Shown here piece after piece: positions 49,143-58,365 of a stretch of 64,000 nt of DNA; positions within the stretch are counted from its first letter, which is position 1; each line of letters opens with the position of its first letter. Source of the stretch: Burkholderiales bacterium (lineage in GTDB: Bacteria; Pseudomonadota; Gammaproteobacteria; Burkholderiales; SG8-41); assembly GCA_019749945.1 (NCBI GenBank), contig JAIEPF010000023.1:9786-73785 (forward strand). Reading direction: 5' to 3'. Under the pieces are notes generated by a model that saw nothing but the letters and a program-made list of their open reading frames with translations, was not told where the DNA came from and did no database searches. The translations under genes and the position numbers were made by a program.

Positions 49143-50144
49143 TTACTGTGCTTTCAACCCCAGTTTTTGGGCCAGTTGCCGCCACTTAAGGACTTCGTTG
49201 CGGATATAGAGCGCAAAGGCTTCGGGGGTGCTGGTGACGACATCAAAACCGATGCCGGTGAGACGCTTGTGCACGTCCGGCACTTTGGCCGCCTTGATGG
49301 TTTCGGCGTTCAGCCTGTTGATGATGGCTTTTGGTGTTTTGGCAGGGGCGATCAGTCCGAACCAGCCGACCGCCTCGAAATCCGGATATCCGGATTCGGC
49401 GATGGTTGGAATCTCCGGTGCAATCGGCATGCGCTGTTTACCGGTTACGGCGAGCAGCTTCAGCTTGCCTGCCTTGGCATGGCCGGCGACTGCGGACATG
49501 CCGCTGAACATGACGCCGACATGTCCGCCGACGAGGTCAACAACGGCTTGTCCGCTGCCTTTGTAGACAATGTGATTCAGCTTGATGCCCGCTGCCTGCT
49601 GCAACAGTTCGGCGCTGAGGTGTCCGATGGTGCCGACTCCGCCGGAGGAATAATTCAACTGCCCCGGTTTTGACTTGGCCAGCGCAACCAGTTCCCTGAC
49701 GGAAACCACGGCCACTGATGGATGCACCGCCAGTACATTGGCCGACGAAGTCAACTGCGAAATTGCGGAAAAATCCTTCAGCGGGTCGTAGCCGACATCA
49801 CCGGATATCGCCGGGTTGGTGGCCAGCGTGGCGATATAGGCAAGGCCGATGGTGTAACCGTCTGACGTGGCACGGGCGATGATCTGGGTGCCGAGCGCGC
49901 CGTTGCCGCCGCTGCGATTGTCGAGCACAACCTGCTGCCCCATTTGTTCAGCGAGATGCGGGCCGATCACGCGCGTGATCGTGTCTGAACTGCCGCCCGG
50001 TGCAAAGGGCACCACCAGGCGAATCGGGCGTGACGGATAACCGTCGGTGGCGACGGCGTTTTGCCGGGCCAGTGCCGGCGCCGTAGTAACAAGCATCAGT
50101 GCTGCGACCGCAGGTGTTACATGTCCGAACAAGCGAATTTTCAT
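49143..50144 (-). CDS. Bug/TctC family tripartite tricarboxylate transporter substrate-binding protein
   Basis: MKIRLFG... signal peptide from ATG 50144 with a GGGGAGGGG RBS. YPSRPIRLVVPFAPGGSSD signature. Confidence 0.9.
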   Translation of the reverse strand: MKIRLFGHVTPAVAALMLVTTAPALARQNAVATDGYPSRPIRLVVPFAPGGSSDTITRVIGPHLAEQMGQQVVLDNRSGGNGALGTQIIARATSDGYTIGLAYIATLATNPAISGDVGYDPLKDFSAISQLTSSANVLAVHPSVAVVSVRELVALAKSKPGQLNYSSGGVGTIGHLSAELLQQAAGIKLNHIVYKGSGQAVVDLVGGHVGVMFSGMSAVAGHAKAGKLKLLAVTGKQRMPIAPEIPTIAESGYPDFEAVGWFGLIAPAKTPKAIINRLNAETIKAAKVPDVHKRLTGIGFDVVTSTPEAFALYIRNEVLKWRQLAQKLGLKAQ

Positions 50145-50323
50145 AATCCCCTCCCCGGCTTCGGTAAATTGCTGCAGGCCGGGGCTGAAGCGCCGATCCG
50201 GCTTGCAGCAGATTGTTATGGCGCGGCCTTGGCGGATGCGGGCCGTCTTCCTGAAATTATGCCTTGCAGCCGAATACGGTTGGCTGCGGAGCACATAGTG
50301 TGGTCTTTGCCAGTGCAAGCTGT

Positions 50324-53300
50324 TTATTTGATCGGTTCAAACGACAGTTTCATCACCACACCGCTCTTGGTCGTTTCTTCCGTCGCCACCGGCGGTTTGC
50401 CGGCCAGACGCGCCGGATCGAATTTGAGGCGATTGGTGAATGCGTTGGTGATGGCGGCGGCGCGCGCCCTGGCCAGATCTTCCAGTGCGGTCGGCGGCAG
50501 CGGCTGCAGCTCAAGCAGTTTTTGATGCATGGCGATATAGAGTTCGCGGTCGCCAGCGCCACGGCCGAGCAGCGCCAGCGCGGCATTGACGCGGCCGGCT
50601 TCACGCCCCGCGGTTTTCTGGAACGCTGCGGCAAACTGCGCGGCGGCATCACCGCCGGCGCGTTCGTTCAGCATGTTCTCCAGCGCGCGCTGCACTTTTG
50701 CGCTGTCAAAACCGATCGGCCCCGGATCTTCGCCCGGCGCCAGCTTGAGGCCTTCGCGGTTGGCGAGGTCGGCGCGGACGGCGATGGTGCGTAATCCCAG
50801 GCTGTCGCTTTGCACATGGTAGCTGCCCTGCACCACCAGCCGGAGCTGCGCGCGTTTCTGCAGGCCTTCGGCGACACGGCGTATTTTTTCGTATTCGGTG
50901 GGCAGGATGCGCGCGCTGCCCGGATCAAACACGATGTCGCCCAGCGTTTCCGAGTTGGCGCCGAACAGCGAACCCAATGCGCGGAAGGGTGCGGTCACGA
51001 TGCGCGTGATCACGGTGCGGATGGCCTGCCAGATCACCCCGCCATAGCTGAATTCCGGGTTATCGACATTGCCGCTCACCGGTACGGCGAGGTCGATCTT
51101 GCCGTCGCTGTCGGTCAGCAGCGCAATGGCCAGATCCAGCGGCAGGTTGACCGCGGTCGGACTTTCCACGCGCTCGCCCAGCGTGAATTGTTCGAGCAGC
51201 ACCTTGTTCTCGCCGGCGAGCTGGCTGTTGTTGATTTTGTACTGCAGGTCCAGCGACAGGCGGCCCGAGGCGATCTTGCGGCCGGCGAAAGTCGCGGTGT
51301 AGGGACTCAGCGGTGACAAGGCGACGTTACGGAACTCGACCGCGATGTCGGTGAATTTTTTCGGCGCGAAGGGCTGGATCGTGCCTTCGGCGCGCGCCAG
51401 TCCGCTGTCTTCGACGCGACCCTCGAATTTCAGGCTGGCGCGGGATTCGGGTGCGGAGGACAGTCCGCTCGCCGAACCGCCCAGGGATTTGATATTGGTG
51501 GCAAACGGCAGGACCAGGCTCAGATCGGCGAAATCGAGCTCGCCGCGTTCAACACTGACCCGCTCGACGGTGACGGCCATCGGGGCGGCAGCCTGATCCG
51601 TTGTGGCAGATGGTGCGGCGGCGGCAGGGCGCGGGCGCATGATGGCGCCGAAGTTGGTTGAACGATCCTTGTTGATTACCAGTTTGGAGTACGGCTTGGC
51701 GAGGCTGACCTGTCCCACGCTCAACTGGTTTTTGCCGGTATCCAGATCAATGTCCGCGACCTGCAGTTTTTGCCAGCTGAGCAGGCGCTCGGTGGAGTTT
51801 TCGATTTTCAGGTCGAGGTCGGTGATGCCGGCGCTGCCCCGGTATTGCACGGCAAGGGGCTTGTTTTTGCTGTTTATGGTGACGCGTCCGGCGACGCCGG
51901 CTTTGCCCGAGGTCAGTGCCAGCGTGGTGTCGCGTCTGAGCAGGGTGTTGAGCGGCGCCAGCGCGAGATCAAGAACTTCGAGTCGCGCATCGGTCGACTC
52001 TCGCAGCAGGTCGAGCGCACCCTTGACCTGCACCGATCCGCCCTGTTTGACCCGCAGCGCCAGCTCAAACGGGCTGGGTGTTTTGGTCGGCGGCAGCATG
52101 ATTTTTGCAATGCTGCCGTTGATCTGTTCCAGGTCGTAGCCCAGCGCCGGCTCGAAGGTTTTATCGATCAGTGCCACCGTGTAGCCGGCAATCTCCGCGC
52201 GATCCACGCTGATGTTGAAGCCCGCTTCCTGCGGGGGTTTTTCCTGGCGCGGCGTAAACAGCTTGACCAGATGCAGGCTGCCGTCGCTTTCGCGCATTGC
52301 CCGGGTATGCCCGCCCGACAACCGCAGCAGACCGGCATTGATGCGTTTTTTCTGCAAATCGAAGTTGACGCCGCTGACTTCGGCAGTGACCAGCGTCACC
52401 GGCGGTTCTTTTTCATCGCCGGACATCACGCTGATGTCGTTCATGGTCATTATGCCGTCGCTGACGGTGACCTGGGTTTGTTCGCCGATCGCGGCGGCTA
52501 CGCCGAGATTGATCCGGGTATTGCCCGTCGCGAGGCGCAGCGGTTTGATCCGGCTGAAGTCCGTCACCGAGATCGCCAGCGGACCGACGCTGATCTGCGG
52601 CAGCGCGATTTGCCAGGGCGCGGTTGGTGGTGCGGTGGCTTCTTTGGCCGTGTTCTTGACCGTGGCGTCGCCGTCGGCAGGCCGGCTGAGCACCAGTTTG
52701 GCCCAGTCTGCCACGCCATTTTCGTCGAGGGTGACATTGAGCGCGCCATCGGCGATGCGGATGTCCTTGAAAGCGAGGCTGCGCTGCGCGAGGTTGAAGG
52801 CACCGCCCTCGAAGGCGATCGTCGCCAGCTGCACCAGCACCGCGCCGTCGTTGCGCTGGGCGATTTTGAGATCCTTCATGCGCAAGGCCAGATCATCGAC
52901 CTGCGCATCGAGTGCGCCTTTGGCGTAACGCAGACGGTAGCGCAAGGCCACTTCGTAAGTGCCCACAGGTTCGGCAATCGTCAGATGGTCCTGCACAAAC
53001 TGCCACAGCGTCGCCAGTTTGGCTTCTTTCAGCGTGAGCGATCCGCTGGAATCCAGCGGCGACAGGCCGAGCTTGCCCTGCCACTGCAGGCTGCCGCCGC
53101 CGGGCAGGCGCGCAGTGAGTGCGTGTTCGCCGCTGTGATTGGGCAGCGTCGAGATGTCGTGGATTTCAAAATTGAACGGACTGATCTGGGCGCGGGCGGT
53201 TGGTTGCAGCGTGTGGTCGGTAAAGCGGAAACTGCCGCCGGTGATGGCGACATGCTGCAGCAACAGCCGCGGCAGGGATGCCGATTTTTCGGGGGGGGAA

Positions 53301-53728
53301 GCAGGTTCTGCAGTTTTCGGCGTCAGCAGCCGCGCCAGATTCAGGCTTTCCTTCGCATCCAGGTCTGCGTTGAGCACCGGCTGTTCAATGCGGATTTCGC
53401 TGAAGGTCCAGGCCCAGCGCAGCAGGCTGCTCAATTCGAAATTGATCAATACGCGACCGGCCTGCAATACCGGCGCGCCGTTTTTTTCGGCGATGACCAG
53501 ATCCCTGGCGTCGAAGATCATCAGGAAGGGGTTGATGTACACCGACCCCACCGATCCCTGCGCATTCAGGTTCTTTTCCACCAGACCCGGAAACTGCTGC
53601 CGCAGCAGCCATGGCGCGAGCAGAAAACCGCAGATCGCGTAAATCACCAGCAACACACCGATGATCTTCGCCGGCCGCGTCAGCAGCAGTACGCGCAGGC
53701 GGGCGAGACGATCGGCGGTTTTGCTCAT
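50324..53728 (-). CDS. DUF748 / AsmA-like large envelope protein
   Basis: 1134 aa. One N-terminal TM helix, then long beta-rich repetitive sequence typical of DUF748/AsmA-like proteins. Family call from memory. Confidence 0.7.
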   Translation of the reverse strand: MSKTADRLARLRVLLLTRPAKIIGVLLVIYAICGFLLAPWLLRQQFPGLVEKNLNAQGSVGSVYINPFLMIFDARDLVIAEKNGAPVLQAGRVLINFELSSLLRWAWTFSEIRIEQPVLNADLDAKESLNLARLLTPKTAEPASPPEKSASLPRLLLQHVAITGGSFRFTDHTLQPTARAQISPFNFEIHDISTLPNHSGEHALTARLPGGGSLQWQGKLGLSPLDSSGSLTLKEAKLATLWQFVQDHLTIAEPVGTYEVALRYRLRYAKGALDAQVDDLALRMKDLKIAQRNDGAVLVQLATIAFEGGAFNLAQRSLAFKDIRIADGALNVTLDENGVADWAKLVLSRPADGDATVKNTAKEATAPPTAPWQIALPQISVGPLAISVTDFSRIKPLRLATGNTRINLGVAAAIGEQTQVTVSDGIMTMNDISVMSGDEKEPPVTLVTAEVSGVNFDLQKKRINAGLLRLSGGHTRAMRESDGSLHLVKLFTPRQEKPPQEAGFNISVDRAEIAGYTVALIDKTFEPALGYDLEQINGSIAKIMLPPTKTPSPFELALRVKQGGSVQVKGALDLLRESTDARLEVLDLALAPLNTLLRRDTTLALTSGKAGVAGRVTINSKNKPLAVQYRGSAGITDLDLKIENSTERLLSWQKLQVADIDLDTGKNQLSVGQVSLAKPYSKLVINKDRSTNFGAIMRPRPAAAAPSATTDQAAAPMAVTVERVSVERGELDFADLSLVLPFATNIKSLGGSASGLSSAPESRASLKFEGRVEDSGLARAEGTIQPFAPKKFTDIAVEFRNVALSPLSPYTATFAGRKIASGRLSLDLQYKINNSQLAGENKVLLEQFTLGERVESPTAVNLPLDLAIALLTDSDGKIDLAVPVSGNVDNPEFSYGGVIWQAIRTVITRIVTAPFRALGSLFGANSETLGDIVFDPGSARILPTEYEKIRRVAEGLQKRAQLRLVVQGSYHVQSDSLGLRTIAVRADLANREGLKLAPGEDPGPIGFDSAKVQRALENMLNERAGGDAAAQFAAAFQKTAGREAGRVNAALALLGRGAGDRELYIAMHQKLLELQPLPPTALEDLARARAAAITNAFTNRLKFDPARLAGKPPVATEETTKSGVVMKLSFEPIK

Positions 53729-53740
53729 GGGTTCAGCACA

Positions 53741-54670
53741 TCAGTCGTTGTCGGCACGCAGGATGGCAAAGCCGGCCTGCAAGGCGCGTTCGATGCGGGC
53801 TTTTTCCTTTTTGATTTTGTCGTCATCCCAGTCCCACATGCCGGCCTTGACCTTCATCCCCGTGCGGCCCTTGGCGACCAGGTCTTTCAGCCATTGCGGC
53901 GGTCCCTTTTCGTCGTGCAGGTGCGGGTAGAGCGCACTGGCGACCAGATCATGAGTGTCCCAGCCGGACATTTCCTTCTGTTTCATCGGCCCGCAGGCGA
54001 TGAAACGGAAACCGAAACCGTAACGCACGGCGGTGTCGATGCCCTCGGCATCGGTGACGCCGTCGGCGATCAGGTACAGCGCTTCGCGCATCATCGCGTG
54101 CTGCAGGCGGTTGCCGACAAAACCGGGCACATCCTTTTTCACCCAGATCGGCGCCTTGTCGAGGTCTTTCAGCAGTTGCACCAGTTTTTCAGCGACCCGG
54201 GGATCGGTGTGCGACGAACTGACCACTTCGACCAGCGGCACCAGATGCGCCGGCATGAAAAAATGCAGGCCGGCCACCCGCGCCGGATGTTTGAGGCCCT
54301 TGGCGATATCGCCGATGGGGAAATTCGAGGTGTTGCTGGTCAGCGGAATGTCCGGTTTCGCCAGCGCTTCCACTTCGGCGAACAGTTTCTGTTTCAGCGC
54401 GAGGTCTTCGGTCGCGGCTTCGATGACGATGGCAACATCCACCCACGGTATCGATTTGAGATCGGCGTAACAGCGCACGGCGGCGGCATGGCCGGCCGGG
54501 GCGCCGAGTTTGGCGAGGCCGCCACTGATGCGTGCGGGCAGTGCGTCACGCGTTTTGACGGAGGGGCTCATCACATGCACGGTCCAGCCGTGGGCCGCGA
54601 ACAGGGTGGCGATGTCGCCGCCCATGATGCCGCCGCCGATGACGACCGCGTGTTGGGAAGAACTGGGCAT
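53741..54670 (-). CDS. 3-hydroxyacyl-CoA dehydrogenase family protein
   Basis: VVIGGGIMGGDIA NAD fold, GFVGNRL and C-terminal dimerisation domain. Confidence 0.88.
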   Translation of the reverse strand: MPSSSQHAVVIGGGIMGGDIATLFAAHGWTVHVMSPSVKTRDALPARISGGLAKLGAPAGHAAAVRCYADLKSIPWVDVAIVIEAATEDLALKQKLFAEVEALAKPDIPLTSNTSNFPIGDIAKGLKHPARVAGLHFFMPAHLVPLVEVVSSSHTDPRVAEKLVQLLKDLDKAPIWVKKDVPGFVGNRLQHAMMREALYLIADGVTDAEGIDTAVRYGFGFRFIACGPMKQKEMSGWDTHDLVASALYPHLHDEKGPPQWLKDLVAKGRTGMKVKAGMWDWDDDKIKKEKARIERALQAGFAILRADND

Positions 54671-54801
54671 GAGGATTTCCTTGGATGATTGTGGCAGGGG
54701 GTTGTGGAATTATATCGTCCGCGGCGGCGCGCCTTGTGCGGCGACCCGGCAGGAATGGTTAAATGTGGCGTATCCATCCGGATGGAACCCAGGAGATGCG
54801 C

Positions 54802-56478
54802 ATGCTGCAGCGAATTCAACGATCTCATGCCGTACTGACGGCCCTGCTGGCGCTGGCTGCGCTGCATGCGCCGCAACTGCAGGCCCAGTTTGATCCGGCG
54901 CGCGCCTACAGGCAAAGCGCGGAGGTGCGGCAGCGTTATCCCGACCCGCAGCTTGTTTATGACACACCGGGGTTCAAGCCGGGCCGTCAGGATTTCACCT
55001 CGCATGAGGAAATGCTGGCGTTTGTAGAGGGTCTGCGCCGTCGTTCGGATGCAGTCCATGTGCGCATGATCGGGTCATCGCAGGAAGGCCGCGCGATGCC
55101 GGTGCTGGTGCTGTCGGGGGATGGCGTGAGAAACGGTGCGCAGGCGCGGCGCCTCGGCCGTCCGGTGGTGGTGATGGCCGGCCTGCAGCACGGCAACGAG
55201 CCGGCCGGCGGCGAAGCGATGCTGGCGCTGGCACAGGAACTGGCGACGGGCAGCCTGCGGCCGCTGCTCGACAGGCTGACCGTGGTGATCGTGCCGCATT
55301 CGAATCCCGACGGCGCCTATTATTTCCAGCGCTCGCCGTACAGCACCACGGACATCAACCGTGATCACGTCAAGCTTGACCTGCCGGAAACCCGGGCATT
55401 GCACCGCGTGGTCAACGAATTCGAACCGCAGCTGTTCATTGATGCACACGAGTTCAGTGTCGCCAACCGCTGGATCGAGAAGTTCGGCACCATCCAGTCC
55501 TATGACCTGATGGTGCAGTACGCGACCAATCCCAATGTGCACCCGTCCCTGACGGCGCTCGCCGACGGCAAATTCATGGCCGGGTTCCGCGAGGCCACCG
55601 CTCGCACGGGGTACAGCCATTTCTGGTACTACACCACCAGTTACAACATGAAAAACCTGCTGGTATCGATGGGCGGCACCACGCCGGACATCGGCCGCAA
55701 TTTCGGCGGCCTGCAGAACGCGGTGTCGTTCCTGATCGAGAGCCGCGGCGTCGGCATCGGCCGCGAAAGCTTTGGCCGGCGTGTGCACAGCCACGTGGTG
55801 TCGATTGCCAGCCTGCTCGATACCGCGGCGGCGAACGCGCGCGAACTGATGGACACCGTGGCCGCCGCGCGCGCGGATACGGTGCGCCGCGGCCGCGATC
55901 CGCAGCCCGGCGACACGGTGGCGGTGCGCCTGAAAAGCCCGGTGGTCAAACAGAAGCTGGACATGCTGGATCCGGCGAGCGGCGCGATCAAGGTGGTCGA
56001 GGTGGACTGGTCGGATTCGCTGAACGTCAGCGCCGACATCGCGCGGCAGCGGCCCTGGGCTTATGTGCTGCCGCCGGTGTTCCACGATGTCGCCGAGCGC
56101 CTGATGATGTCGGGCGTCGAGGTGCGGCGGCTGGCAAAACCGGTGGAGCTGGAGGTCGAAAGTTTCCAGGTCACCGAACGCCGCGCCAGCGCCACCTTCG
56201 TCGAAGGCCGCATCACCCACCAGGTCAGCACCGAGGTGGTGCCGAAGAAGGCGCGGTTTCCCGCCGGCAGTTACGTGTTTCCGATGGCACAGGCCAATGC
56301 CGCTGTGATTGCGGTGGCGCTGGAACCGGAATCGCCGAGCAGCTTCGTGTCCTTCGGCATGATTCCCGTCGACCGCAAGGGCTCGCCCGCCACCATTGCC
56401 GCGCCCAGCGAGGTTCCGGTCTACCGTTTGCTGCGCCCCGCGGAACTGGAATTCATGCGCGGGGCGCGGGCGCCCTGA
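54802..56478 (+). CDS. M14 family zinc carboxypeptidase (secreted)
   Basis: GLQHGNEPAG, PHSNPDG, DINRDH, IDAHEF motifs. Signal peptide from ATG 54802 (AGGAG RBS 6 nt upstream). The ORF opens at 54763. Confidence 0.85.
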   Translation: MLQRIQRSHAVLTALLALAALHAPQLQAQFDPARAYRQSAEVRQRYPDPQLVYDTPGFKPGRQDFTSHEEMLAFVEGLRRRSDAVHVRMIGSSQEGRAMPVLVLSGDGVRNGAQARRLGRPVVVMAGLQHGNEPAGGEAMLALAQELATGSLRPLLDRLTVVIVPHSNPDGAYYFQRSPYSTTDINRDHVKLDLPETRALHRVVNEFEPQLFIDAHEFSVANRWIEKFGTIQSYDLMVQYATNPNVHPSLTALADGKFMAGFREATARTGYSHFWYYTTSYNMKNLLVSMGGTTPDIGRNFGGLQNAVSFLIESRGVGIGRESFGRRVHSHVVSIASLLDTAAANARELMDTVAAARADTVRRGRDPQPGDTVAVRLKSPVVKQKLDMLDPASGAIKVVEVDWSDSLNVSADIARQRPWAYVLPPVFHDVAERLMMSGVEVRRLAKPVELEVESFQVTERRASATFVEGRITHQVSTEVVPKKARFPAGSYVFPMAQANAAVIAVALEPESPSSFVSFGMIPVDRKGSPATIAAPSEVPVYRLLRPAELEFMRGARAP

Positions 56479-56488
56479 CGTTACAGTC

Positions 56489-57316
56489 TTACTTGACGTT
56501 GACGAGGCTGGCGCTCCACGACGTGCCCTGGGCGTCGGGGCGCGGCCGCATGGTGCCCTGCATCACCGGGCCGCTGACGCGTCCGGTGTAACTTGCGGTG
56601 CCGGCGCTGAAACTGATCTGGTCGCCGCGCAGGCTGGTGTTGGTGAGCCGGTACGTCATGCCGTCGGCGGAGGTGTAGGTGCCGTAGATGTCCTGGAATT
56701 TCTGCTTGAATTCGACAGAGCCGTTGCCGAGGGTCCATTTGCCTTCGACCTTGGCCGGCACGATCCACAGGTAGGCGGTGCGACCCTCGGTGGAATCGGT
56801 CTGGTCCGCCGCCCAGTCATCCATGGTGAAGGCATGCGACACCAAGCGCGTGCCGGGTTTCATGTTGAGGAGGGTCGGCCGCAGTTTCAGGTTCAGGTAC
56901 GGCAGCAGGTACATGGTGACCACGGTGGCCTTGCTGAAGTCGGTGGCGAAAATGTCGCCGCGGATGAACTCCGTCTTGTCGGCGACGCCTTCGCGCTGGG
57001 CGTTGCGCTTCGACAGCTCAACCATGTCCGGGTTGTATTCGATGCCGGTGGCGCGCAAGCCGTACAGCTTGGCGGCGGTGATCACGGTGATGCCGTCGCC
57101 GGAGCCGAGGTCGTACAGGACATCGCTGGGTTTGACATCGGCCATCTTGAGCATTTTTTCGACCAGGCTTTTCGGCGTCGGCACCCAGATCACGTCCTTG
57201 CCGGCCTGCCCGACCTGCGGTTTGAATTCGGTGGCGGCGGTCTGTGCCTGCGCAGTGCCCGTCAGTGCGGCGGCGACGAGCGACGTCAAAAGAATGTGAC
57301 GAAACAGCGAAAACAT
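56489..57316 (-). CDS. class I SAM-dependent methyltransferase-fold protein with an N-terminal signal peptide
   Basis: MFSLFRHILLTSLVAAALTGTAQA signal. VLYDLGSGDGITVI (motif I). C-terminal beta-rich domain of about 100 aa. Confidence 0.75.
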   Translation of the reverse strand: MFSLFRHILLTSLVAAALTGTAQAQTAATEFKPQVGQAGKDVIWVPTPKSLVEKMLKMADVKPSDVLYDLGSGDGITVITAAKLYGLRATGIEYNPDMVELSKRNAQREGVADKTEFIRGDIFATDFSKATVVTMYLLPYLNLKLRPTLLNMKPGTRLVSHAFTMDDWAADQTDSTEGRTAYLWIVPAKVEGKWTLGNGSVEFKQKFQDIYGTYTSADGMTYRLTNTSLRGDQISFSAGTASYTGRVSGPVMQGTMRPRPDAQGTSWSASLVNVK

Positions 57317-57354
57317 GGCGATCTCCGTGGGTGGGGGCTGAGGATTATGCCTGA

Positions 57355-58338
57355 TCAATCCGGTTTTGCGCCGGAGGCTTTGACCACGGGCGCCCAGCGC
57401 GCGATCTCCGCCTTGATGTGCGCGGCAAACTGTTCCGGCGTATTGGCCACCGGCTCGGCACCGTCGGCGGCGAGACGTTCCTTGACATCGGCGCGGGCCA
57501 GCACCTTGACCATGTCGGCATGGAGTTTCATCACGATGTCGCGCGGCACGGCAGCCTGCGTCAGCACGCCGTACCACTGGTTGGCGTCATAACCGGGTAC
57601 GCCGCTTTCGTTGATGGTCGGGATTTCCGGCATGATCGTGAGCCGTTTCATCGTCGCCACGCCAAGCAGTTTGAGGCGGCCCGATTTGACATGCGGCATC
57701 AGCGCGACCATGCCGGTGATGGTCATGGTGGTCTCCCCCGAAATCATGCTGACCATGGCCGGGCCGGTGCCTTTGTACGGCACATGCACCATGTTGATTC
57801 TGGTGAGCAGCTTGAAGTATTCGCCGGCGAGATGCGAGGCGCTGCCGCTGCCGCCGGAGGCATACAGCAGTTCGCCCGGTTTGGCCTTGGCCAGCGCGAC
57901 AAAGTCGCGCGCGGATTTCACCGGCAGCGACGGATGCACGGCCATGCCGTTGGGTACCGTCGCCAGCACGGTGATCGGTGCGAAGTCACGCACCGCGTCG
58001 TAGCTCAGCTTGGGATACAGCGTCGGATTGACGCCGAAGGTGCCGACATGGCCCATGACGATGGTGTAGCCGTCGGGTGCTGCGCGCGCCGCCAGTTCAA
58101 CGCCAATGGTGCCGGCGGCGCCGCCGCGGTTTTCGACGATGACCTGCTGGCCCCAAGCCTCGGTGAGTTTCAGCGCGACCAGCCGCGCCAGCAGATCGGT
58201 GCTGCCGCCGGGCGGGAAGGGGGCGATGAAACGCACCGCTTTGGCCGGATAGTTGGCCGCAGCCTGCGCCCAGGCCGTGCCGGCGGTGACACCGAGCGCG
58301 AACAGGACGACAGACAGTAACATATTGATTTTATTCAT
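57355..58338 (-). CDS. Bug/TctC family substrate-binding protein
   Basis: Signal peptide, YPAKAVRFIAPFPPGGSTD signature. Confidence 0.9.
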   Translation of the reverse strand: MNKINMLLSVVLFALGVTAGTAWAQAAANYPAKAVRFIAPFPPGGSTDLLARLVALKLTEAWGQQVIVENRGGAAGTIGVELAARAAPDGYTIVMGHVGTFGVNPTLYPKLSYDAVRDFAPITVLATVPNGMAVHPSLPVKSARDFVALAKAKPGELLYASGGSGSASHLAGEYFKLLTRINMVHVPYKGTGPAMVSMISGETTMTITGMVALMPHVKSGRLKLLGVATMKRLTIMPEIPTINESGVPGYDANQWYGVLTQAAVPRDIVMKLHADMVKVLARADVKERLAADGAEPVANTPEQFAAHIKAEIARWAPVVKASGAKPD

Positions 58339-58344
58339 TATTTA
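58318..58344 (-). promoter_or_regulatory. IHF-consensus site overlapping the tctC start codon (minus strand TAATGAATAAAATCAATATGTTA)
   Basis: Core AATCAATATGTTA matches WATCAANNNNTTR, with a 5' A/T tract. Confidence 0.35.
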
Positions 58345-58365
58345 CATGCTTCGCGCTGCGGGTTG

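Noticed and set aside
51770-54688. 972-aa ORF on the plus strand
   Set aside because: It is antisense to the DUF748 and 3-hydroxyacyl-CoA dehydrogenase genes, with shadow-frame composition and no start context. The same reasoning applies to 34241..35821, 31034..32482, 27522..28958, 20955..22319 and similar ORFs.
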